The notes beneath the pieces were generated by a model. The model searched no databases. It was not told where the DNA came from and saw only the letters and a list, made by a program, of their open reading frames with translations. Source: Candidatus Eiseniibacteriota bacterium (GTDB taxonomy: Bacteria; Eisenbacteria; RBG-16-71-46). Taken from it: 13,114 bases of DNA. The stretch spans positions 1 through 13,114 of the forward strand of contig JANLWX010000141.1 of NCBI GenBank assembly GCA_031364845.1. Reading direction: 5' to 3'. The position numbers and the translations under genes were made by a program. Shown here in pieces: positions 1 through 8,048 of the stretch. Within the stretch, counting starts at the first letter, position 1. Every line of letters starts with the position of its first letter.

Positions 1-1021
1 GTCGTGCGCTTGAGATCGGTGTTCCAGTAGAACTCGGCGTCCTCGAGGCGCGCGGTGAGCACTGCTTCGTTGCCGCGGCGCACCTGATCGAGACCGCGCT
101 CGTCGCCGTCGCGCATCGCGACGAAGTGGGGCTTGAGCGTGCCGCCCGGTCCGGGTGCGGTGATCGCGAAGAACCGCTGATGCTCGCGCAGCGCGGTCAC
201 GATCACTTCGCCCGGCAGGCTCACGTAGCGCGGATCGAAGGCGCCGACGAAGCAGGTCGGCCATTCGGCGAGGAACGTGTTGATGTCGACCAGCTCGGGA
301 TCGGCGTGCACTTCTCCCTCGACCGTCGCCGCGAGGCGCTCGATCTGGGTCTCGATCCGTTCGCGGCGACGGGCGGGATCGACCAGCACGCGAACGCCTT
401 CGAGGGTGTTCTCGTAATCGCGCGCGTTAGGAATAGCGATGCGCCCGGGTGCCAGGAACCGATGCCCGAATGTTTCGCGACCCGCTTCGAGTCCGAACGC
501 GCGCACCGGCAGCACCTGATCGTCGAGCAACGCCACGAGCCAGCGCACCGGCCGCGCGAAGCGCGTGTCGTCGTCCAGCCAGCGCATCGACTTCGGGAAC
601 ACGAGCCGGCTCGCTAGGGTCGCGAGCAGCGCGGGCAGCACTTCGGCGGCGCGCTTTCCGGTGTGATGGACCGTCACGGCGACGTATTCGCCCTTGGGCG
701 TGACGACCTTGCGCACGTCCTTCGGATCGACCCCGCGTCCCTGGCAGAAACCAAGCAGCGCCTTGGTCGGCGCGCCCGCGGCATCGAACGCCGCCTTCCA
801 GTTGGGGCCCGTGACCTCTTCGTCGCGGTCCGGCTGGCGATCGGCAAGCCCTGTGACCGAGAGGCCAAGCCTCCGCGGCGCGCCGACGGTGCGCACGCTC
901 TCGAACGTCAGCCGCAGCTCCGCGAGCCCGGCGCGGGCACCACGCTCGAGCTGCTCGAGCGCAGGCGCCACATAAGAAGGAGGAATCTCCTCGGCGCCGA
1001 TCTCGAACAACAGTTCGCGGG

Positions 1022-1025
<4 letters not shown>
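1..1025 (-). CDS. glyS: Glycine--tRNA ligase beta subunit, 3'-truncated by the window edge (not in the ORF track because no stop lies in the window)
   Basis: Manual translation from GTG at 1025-1023 gives [19 protein letters not shown]...GAPRRL...[10 protein letters not shown]...[23 protein letters not shown]...GHRFL...[17 protein letters not shown], all hallmark GlyS motifs. The start overlaps the glyQ stop (GTGA). Confidence 0.96.
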
Positions 1026-2086
<1,061 letters not shown>

Positions 2087-2177
2087 CGAGTCTCCTGAAC
2101 GGTGGATGCCGGCGGCAATCTCCGGGACGGGCGGGAACCCACGCGCGCGGCACGGCCGACGATGATTCGAGCGGCGG

Positions 2178-2206
2178 AGTCTACCCTACGCGCGACGGCC
2201 GGTCGA
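2178..2206 (-). promoter_or_regulatory. Putative sigma-70-type promoter for glyQS
   Basis: Minus strand TCGACC (2206-2201) - 17 nt - TAGACT (2183-2178), overlapping the recO stop. Confidence 0.5.
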
Positions 2207-2965
2207 AATTGCGGGCAACGCGCGCAGCATCTCCAGCGAGCGCAATCCATGGAAGCGCTGGAAGTGAAACCGGAAGAACGTCTCGACCACGCGCTGGATC
2301 TCACCGGCGCGCGGGATCTCGAGATATTGCCCGGCATCGGCGACCGGCCGCGACATGAGCAGCGAAAGCCCGGCGAGCGCATCCGCCGACAGCACGATCG
2401 CGCCGGCCTCGCTCGCAGCACACCGGTCGCACAGCAGCCCGCCGCGCGCCGGCGAGAACAGCCGCCGCGGTGAGATCGACCCACTGCAGTTGGCGCACGC
2501 ATCGAGCCTCGGCCGATATCCGAGCAGGCTTGCGACCTGCAGCTCGAACGCGAGCGTCACCGCGGGCAACGACGCTTCGGGCGCCTTCGTCGTCGCGTCG
2601 ATCGTGGCCGCGAGCAGATCGAACAACTCCGGATGCGGCTCGGGGCCCCACACCAGACGATCGATCAGTTCGAGTGCGGCCTGCGCGTGCGCGAGCCGTG
2701 TCAGTTCCGACAACCGCGCCCCGGCCGGATCGATCGTCTCGGCCTGCGACACCAGATGCAGATCGCGATCAGGCTTGAAATAGAACGTGAAGCGCGAGCG
2801 CGACAACGGCTCGAGCGCGTATCCGAAGCGGCTCGGCGTCTTGCGCGCGCCCTTGGCGACCAGCTTCACGAGGCCCTGGTCGCGCATGAAGACGACCACG
2901 ATCCGGCTGGTATCACCCAGAGCGTGGGTCTTTAGGACAATACCTTCACTGCGCAGGATGGCCAT
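2186..2965 (-). CDS. recO: DNA repair protein RecO
   Basis: N-terminal OB fold (SEGIVLK...LGDTSRIV...GLVKLVAKGARK..SRFG..LEP), central helical region and LGYRPRLDACANC...GGLLCDRC zinc finger. Located next to glyQ as in the usual synteny. Confidence 0.96.
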   Translation of the reverse strand: MAILRSEGIVLKTHALGDTSRIVVVFMRDQGLVKLVAKGARKTPSRFGYALEPLSRSRFTFYFKPDRDLHLVSQAETIDPAGARLSELTRLAHAQAALELIDRLVWGPEPHPELFDLLAATIDATTKAPEASLPAVTLAFELQVASLLGYRPRLDACANCSGSISPRRLFSPARGGLLCDRCAASEAGAIVLSADALAGLSLLMSRPVADAGQYLEIPRAGEIQRVVETFFRFHFQRFHGLRSLEMLRALPAISTGRRA

Positions 2966-2973
2966 GGACGATT

Positions 2974-2979
2974 AGTTTA
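2974..2979 (-). promoter_or_regulatory. Putative -10 element for recO (possibly leaderless transcript)
   Basis: TAAACT on the minus strand ends 8 nt before the recO ATG. No SD sequence and no convincing -35. Confidence 0.35.
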
Positions 2980-3010
2980 CTTGATCGCACCGGAATAGAC
3001 GCTGTCGAAG

Positions 3011-3026
3011 TGGCCCGCACCTTGCA
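3011..3026 (+). promoter_or_regulatory. Sigma-54 (RpoN) -24/-12 promoter for the large surface-protein gene
   Basis: TGGCCCGCACCTTGCA versus consensus TGGCACG-N4-TTGCW: one mismatch, exact GG-N10-GC spacing, correctly oriented ~120 nt upstream of the likely start. Confidence 0.72.
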
Positions 3027-3147
3027 TTGACCCTGATCAGTCAGCGGGCCGGTCGGCCTTTGATGACTTTTCAAATGTGGCTTGTGGCGGGGGACTTCCC
3101 GGGCCTATGGTTCCGGCCTACCAAATACACCCTTAGGGAGTCTCCCC

Positions 3148-6100
3148 TTGCATTCACCCCGTCGTTTCCGTGGCTCCATCGTTCCCGTCGTGATGTTGCT
3201 GACTCTCATATCCTCGGCGGTGGTGGCTCCTCCCGCGACGGCGACCCGCTATCCCGGCTTCATGGACGGCGTGACGGATTCCTCGCTGATCTTCTCCGTT
3301 CCCCTGGTTCAAAGGCCCGCCTATCGCGTGACCGTCACGGAGCCGACGTTCGGCACGCGCGTCACGCGCATCGGCGGCGATACCGGGGCGCAGCTCACAG
3401 TGGGCAGCAGCGGCGAAATCGGTGTCTGGGGTTCCGACGCGCGCCATCACTATTCGAAGGACCAGCCGTGGAATGCCGACGGCACGTTGCTCGCGATCGA
3501 GAACGGCTCGTCGACCGGCGGAGCGCCGGCGCGGCTGCTGCTCGACGGCGAGACCTACGAGCCCCGCTACGGGCGATGTGCGTACACGCTCGATGACTCG
3601 CGCTGGCATCCGAGCCTGGATCATGCTTACGAGATGATCGGCGTGCGCGAGGCGACGGACTCGCTCGTGTGGTTCAACCCGGTCACCTGCAGCCGGACAC
3701 GGGGATGGAAGCTGCCGATCAAGCCCACGAAGATCGGCTTCGGCGAGGGCAATACCTCTGCCGACGGCCGGTACCTCGCGATCGCCAACGCCAGTTCGAT
3801 CGTCGTGGTCGATATGGATCCGCAGGGACCGTTCGCCTCGTATGCCGCGGGGAACCGCCGCATGGGTCCGGTCTACACGCTGCCCGCCTGCAGCCTCAGC
3901 ACGTCTCTGCCGACGAGCTGCGCGATCGGAAACATTTCGATCTCTCCGTCGGGCCGCTATGTCGACGTGAAGTACTCGGGGCCGACGACCGAAACGCAAG
4001 ACGCGCACCGTATCTTTGAGGTCGATCCCGTCACACTCGCGATCAAGCCGCACAACATGGCCTCTGCCTCGATGCGATGCGGCACTTTCCAGTCGCGTCC
4101 CAACGGCTGGATCTTCCCGCTCAAGCACGCCGACATGACGCTCGATCCGTTCGACCAGAACGAGGATGTGGTAATCGGCGGACGTTCGTGCTCGGGCTCG
4201 TCCATCGGACGCGTCGTCAAGGTCCGGCTGCGCGACGGAGCGGTCACGCCGCTCACGAACCCCGACAACGAATCCAGTGTGCGTCACGTCTCGACCCGCA
4301 ACTACGACCGCCCGGGCTGGGTGTACGTCAGTTACTACAAGGCCGCGGGCAAGCGCTTCAACGACGAGATCGTCGCGGTAAAGCTGGATGGCAGCCAGGC
4401 GATGCAGCGCTTCGCCCACACGCACTCGCTCGTGAGCAGCTGCTATCGCTGCGAACCGCACGCGGTGCCGTCACGCGATGGCCGCCGCGTCATGTGGGCA
4501 AGTAACTGGGCTCAGGACTGCGTTGCATGCGGCTCGAGCTCGGACATCAAGGGCTACGTCCTCGACGCGCGCGACCTCGCGGTCGTGGACCGGGCTCCCG
4601 TTCTGAGTGTGGCCGACTCCGCGACCGTTTTCGCCGGAGACCTGATCGCCGTCGACGTCACGGCGACCGATCCCGATAGCGACGCCATCACGTCCCTGAC
4701 CGCCGATCTTTCGGCGTTGCCCGCAGGTCATGTTGCTCAGTTCGTCGTGGATGCGACGCAGCGCACCGGGCGGCTCACCTGGACGCCTCGCGTGGAGGAC
4801 ATTCGCGACACGCCCTACGAGGTGAGCCTCATTGCCTCGAACGCGCTGAGCGACACAGCCTCGACCAAGTTGCGTGTGCTTCTCGACAATCTTCCGGTCG
4901 TTCAGGGCGCGGATACCGTGATCGTGTCCGAAGGCTCCGCGGTGGTCGTCGATATCGTGGCGTCCGACCCTGACGGCCAGCCGCTCGAGTCCCTGACCGC
5001 CGATCTCACGGCGCTGCCTACCGGAAACAATGCCGCCTTCGCCGCTCAAACGGCGGCCGGCACCGGACGGCTGACCTGGACGCCGACGCATGCCGACGGC
5101 GATCGCACCTACGCTGTTACGTTCCGCGCAGCCAACCGCCTCGCGGGTTTGGACACGGCGTGGATCGTGGTGGCAAATGTCGACCGGCCGCCTTCGATCG
5201 CGGCCCCCGACACGAGCCGAGGCGTTCCCGGAACTCCGATCGTGGTCCGGATCGCTGTCTCAGATCCCGACGGCGATTTGATCCAGAGCGTGACGGCCGA
5301 TCTCTCGCAGCTTCCCGAGGGCAGCAACGCCGTCTTCTCGATGGATGAGGGGAATCTCGCGGGGACCCTCACCTGGACCGCGGTTGCTGCAGATGTGCGG
5401 TCAGCGCCGTACGGAGTGACGTTCCTCGCGACCAACGCTGCGAGCGGGTCGGCTTCGACCGCGATCATCGTCAGCAGAATCGACCTCCCGCCCGTGGTTA
5501 CCGCGCCGGAGACTGCGACCGCGGCCGAGGATCAGTCGCTGCTGGTGACCATCGAGGCTTCCGATCCCGAAGGCGATCCGATCGCAACGCTCGCCGCCGA
5601 TCTTTCGGCGCTGCCTTTGCAGAGCAACGCGCGATTCGAAGCCAACGCGTCACGGACGGCGGGAACCCTGACCTGGACACCGGCCTTCGCTGACGGCGGC
5701 AGCAGCTACGCCGTCATCTTCACCGCGACCAACTCACTTGGCGGTTCGGCAACGACCTCGCTGGTCGTGACGAACGTCGACCGCGCACCGATGCTGACGG
5801 CGCCCGCCACGGCGCCCGCCCGTGCGCTCGCGCAGGTGACGATCGCGGTGAGCGCGACCGATCCCGACGGCGAATCGCTCGCGGCACTCACGGCCGATCT
5901 CTCGGGCCTTCCGCCCGGCAACAACGCATCCTTCATCGTCAACGGGTCCAGCACGGCGGGAACGCTGATGTGGACCCCCGCCGACGCGGATGCCGGTCGT
6001 TCCTACTCCGTGACATTCCGCGCGGCGAACGCGCTTTCCAACAGCGTCGTGACCAGCATTGCCGTCACCGCGGTGGATCATCCGCCGGCGGTGATCGCGC

Positions 6101-7302
6101 CGGCCTCGGCAACCGTGAGCGAGAACGACGTCGTGACCGTGACCGTGAGCGCCAGCGATGCGAACGGCGAACCGATCACTTCGCTGACCGCCGATCTCTC
6201 CGGGCTTCCGGCAGGCAATAACGCGCAGTTCACGCCGGCGGCCGACAACGCGTCGGGAACGCTCACGTGGCGCCCGTCGTATCAGGACGAGCGCGCGGCT
6301 CCTTACACCGTGACGTTCCGCGCCCAGAACGCGCAGAGCGGAGCGGCGACCACCGCGATCACGGTGACGCACGGCGACTCTCCGCCGGTGGTCACAGCAC
6401 CTGCCGGCGCCACGGTGGCCGAGAATTTGAAGCTGACCGTCAACATCACGGCCTCGGATCCGGATGGTTCGTCGATCACGCAGCTCACGGCGGATCTGTC
6501 GCAGCTACCTTCAGGGCACAACGCGGTCTTCACCACGAACCTGGCAAAAACCAGCGGAACGCTGACCTGGACTCCCACCTTCCAGAACGGCCGGGCTCAG
6601 CCCTACGTCGTAGTGTTCAGCGCGCGCAATGCCCTGAGCGCCAGCGCGAACACCTCGATCCTCGTGACCAACGTCGACCGTGCGCCTGTGGTTACTGCGC
6701 CGAGTTCGGCCAAGGCGACGGCGGGCGTCGCGCTGTCCATGACCGTGACCGCAGACGATCCCGATGGCGATGCCATCGCCTCGCTGACCGCCAACCTGTC
6801 GGCGCTGCCGGCCGGCCACACCGCGACGTTTACGGTGGATTCGACACGCCGTACGGGAACGCTGCGCTGGACGCCGCGCTCGAGCGACACGGGTAATTAC
6901 AAGCTGACTTTCACCGCCGCCAATGCGCTCAGCGGCAGCGCCTCGACCACACTGCGCGTGTCGCGTCCGGGCACGGCGGCCTCGGAGCCGGGTGAACCCG
7001 AGACCGGATCGACGCCGCTGCCGCAGCGTCTGTCGCTGTCTCCTGCGTTTCCGAACCCGAGCGCCGGCCACGTGCGCTTCGTGCTCGATTTGCCGAGCCG
7101 CGCCGCCGCATCGTTCAGCATCCACGACCTGCAGGGTCGCATACTGGTTTCCGAACGCATGGTTCGCGATCCGGGCACGTGGTCGTGGGAGTGGTCGGGT
7201 CACGCAAACGAAAACCGCGCGCGACCGGGCGTCTACCTGCTCAGGGTCCAGGTCGGGAAGACCGTCTTCGTCCGGCGGTTCGTGATCGTCGCGCGTCCGT
7301 AA
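3148..7302 (+). CDS. Large secreted/surface protein: signal peptide + TolB-like beta-propeller-type domain + 8 cadherin/Ig-like repeats + FlgD-Ig/T9SS type A-like C-terminal domain
   Basis: ORF is open from 3082. The preferred start is TTG at 3148 (AGGGAG 7 nt upstream), giving the Sec signal MHSPRRFRGSIVPVVMLLTLISSAVVAPPATA. Blade-like motifs WNADGTLL, SADGRYL, SPSGRYV, SRDGRRVMWASNW. Eight tandem repeats follow, then a C-terminal PNP...IHDLQGR...W.W.G...PGVYLLRV...RRFVI domain. Confidence 0.88.
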   Translation: MHSPRRFRGSIVPVVMLLTLISSAVVAPPATATRYPGFMDGVTDSSLIFSVPLVQRPAYRVTVTEPTFGTRVTRIGGDTGAQLTVGSSGEIGVWGSDARHHYSKDQPWNADGTLLAIENGSSTGGAPARLLLDGETYEPRYGRCAYTLDDSRWHPSLDHAYEMIGVREATDSLVWFNPVTCSRTRGWKLPIKPTKIGFGEGNTSADGRYLAIANASSIVVVDMDPQGPFASYAAGNRRMGPVYTLPACSLSTSLPTSCAIGNISISPSGRYVDVKYSGPTTETQDAHRIFEVDPVTLAIKPHNMASASMRCGTFQSRPNGWIFPLKHADMTLDPFDQNEDVVIGGRSCSGSSIGRVVKVRLRDGAVTPLTNPDNESSVRHVSTRNYDRPGWVYVSYYKAAGKRFNDEIVAVKLDGSQAMQRFAHTHSLVSSCYRCEPHAVPSRDGRRVMWASNWAQDCVACGSSSDIKGYVLDARDLAVVDRAPVLSVADSATVFAGDLIAVDVTATDPDSDAITSLTADLSALPAGHVAQFVVDATQRTGRLTWTPRVEDIRDTPYEVSLIASNALSDTASTKLRVLLDNLPVVQGADTVIVSEGSAVVVDIVASDPDGQPLESLTADLTALPTGNNAAFAAQTAAGTGRLTWTPTHADGDRTYAVTFRAANRLAGLDTAWIVVANVDRPPSIAAPDTSRGVPGTPIVVRIAVSDPDGDLIQSVTADLSQLPEGSNAVFSMDEGNLAGTLTWTAVAADVRSAPYGVTFLATNAASGSASTAIIVSRIDLPPVVTAPETATAAEDQSLLVTIEASDPEGDPIATLAADLSALPLQSNARFEANASRTAGTLTWTPAFADGGSSYAVIFTATNSLGGSATTSLVVTNVDRAPMLTAPATAPARALAQVTIAVSATDPDGESLAALTADLSGLPPGNNASFIVNGSSTAGTLMWTPADADAGRSYSVTFRAANALSNSVVTSIAVTAVDHPPAVIAPASATVSENDVVTVTVSASDANGEPITSLTADLSGLPAGNNAQFTPAADNASGTLTWRPSYQDERAAPYTVTFRAQNAQSGAATTAITVTHGDSPPVVTAPAGATVAENLKLTVNITASDPDGSSITQLTADLSQLPSGHNAVFTTNLAKTSGTLTWTPTFQNGRAQPYVVVFSARNALSASANTSILVTNVDRAPVVTAPSSAKATAGVALSMTVTADDPDGDAIASLTANLSALPAGHTATFTVDSTRRTGTLRWTPRSSDTGNYKLTFTAANALSGSASTTLRVSRPGTAASEPGEPETGSTPLPQRLSLSPAFPNPSAGHVRFVLDLPSRAAASFSIHDLQGRILVSERMVRDPGTWSWEWSGHANENRARPGVYLLRVQVGKTVFVRRFVIVARP
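4588..6963 (+). repeat. Eight tandem 297/300-bp coding repeats (cadherin-like/Ig-like domains)
   Basis: Units start at 4588, 4885, 5182, 5482, 5779, 6076, 6376 and 6676. Shared consensus DxxP...A(S/T)DPDG.(I/L).SLTADLS.LP.G.NA.F...GTLTWTP...Y.VTF.A.NAL. Confidence 0.95.
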
Positions 7303-7345
7303 CCGCCGGCGGCGCCCGGTCGCATAGGGCGCGAAGCAGCGTCTC

Positions 7346-7957
7346 CTACTTCAGCACGCTTCCCATCCGGCGCCGGCAGTTCGCGCAGAACTTCCCGCTC
7401 GAGCGATCGACGGTGCGCAGGCTGCCGCACGCGTCATTCATCAGACAGCGCGGGGTCGGGCAGTGGGAGATCCCGTACGTATGCCCCAGCTCGTGCGTGG
7501 CCACCTGACTCAGGCGCTTGTCGAGCAGGCGCGTCCGATGCCGAGCGAGGCGGTGGATCGAAACCACCGCGGCGCGGCGCGAGAGTCCCGCGATTCCGAG
7601 GATCCCCCAGTCGTAGATCTCGCGCTTGGTCGCCGAGATATCGCGCGCCATCACGCCGACGATCTTGGTGACGCGTTCAGGAACGCGCGCCTCGAGGTCG
7701 TCGAGGATGCGTTCGCCGCGGTAACGGTTGCGGGGCGCGTAGTACGCATTGCGTGGGATCGCTCTCGCCGGCAACACGACGACTTCCGCAGCGAAGATCG
7801 AGCGCATTTGTTCCGTGAGGCCGCGCACCACCGACGGGTCGATGTCGCCGAGCGGCTGGATCGCGATCACTACGGGTCTCGTGTGCGCGATCGGCGCGGC
7901 GGTTGCCGTCGACGGACCGCACGAAGCGAGGAGCAGCGCAAGGATGATGAAACCCAT
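7346..7957 (-). CDS. Archaemetzincin-family (peptidase M54) zinc metalloprotease, predicted lipoprotein
   Basis: HELGHTYGISHCPTPRCLM (HExxHxxGxxHC-x4-CxM) plus a downstream FCANC: the four-Cys structural zinc site and Met-turn of archaemetzincins. N-terminus MGFIILALLLASC carries a lipobox. Confidence 0.9.
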   Translation of the reverse strand: MGFIILALLLASCGPSTATAAPIAHTRPVVIAIQPLGDIDPSVVRGLTEQMRSIFAAEVVVLPARAIPRNAYYAPRNRYRGERILDDLEARVPERVTKIVGVMARDISATKREIYDWGILGIAGLSRRAAVVSIHRLARHRTRLLDKRLSQVATHELGHTYGISHCPTPRCLMNDACGSLRTVDRSSGKFCANCRRRMGSVLK

Positions 7958-8036
7958 GGATGAGCCCGGTATGCGGAAGGTTGAACGTGCGGACGATCGC
8001 TGTGGTTATCGGCCACGTTCAGCCCGGGCTTCATCC
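7958..8036. repeat. Long imperfect inverted repeat filling the DUF502-M54 intergenic region
   Basis: GGATGAGCCCGG (7958-7969) pairs with CCGGGCTTCATCC (8024-8036, 1-nt bulge). Inner TGAACGTG (7982-7989) pairs with CACGTTCA (8014-8021). Confidence 0.6.
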
Positions 8037-8048
8037 GGGGATCCGGCG

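Noticed and set aside
2087..2177. T-box or glycine riboswitch before glyQS
   Set aside because: The leader is only ~85 nt, with no T-box UGGnACC antiterminator motif, no terminator and no glycine aptamer motifs.
2971..2986. IHF site next to the sigma-54 promoter
   Set aside because: Only the ATCAA half matches WATCAR-N4-TTR; the TTR element is missing.
3095..3125. c-di-GMP-I riboswitch (TCCGGCCTA resembles part of its P2/P3 region)
   Set aside because: The conserved GCAAA...GAAA...GACGCAAAG core is absent.
3154..4461. 435-aa minus-strand ORF and other antisense ORFs within the large gene
   Set aside because: Antisense shadows of a clearly genuine coding frame, with no recognisable domains.
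4441..4533. c-type heme-binding motifs in the large protein
   Set aside because: The motifs are CYRCE and CVACG, lacking the His of CxxCH.
4588..6963. CRISPR array or DGR template/variable repeats
   Set aside because: The repeats are in-frame, diverged at synonymous sites and have a ~300-bp period. No spacers, cas genes or reverse transcriptase are present.
7303..7345. Bidirectional terminator between the convergent genes
   Set aside because: Only a 6-bp GC stem (GCGCCC/GGGCGC) with no U-tract on either strand, too weak to call.
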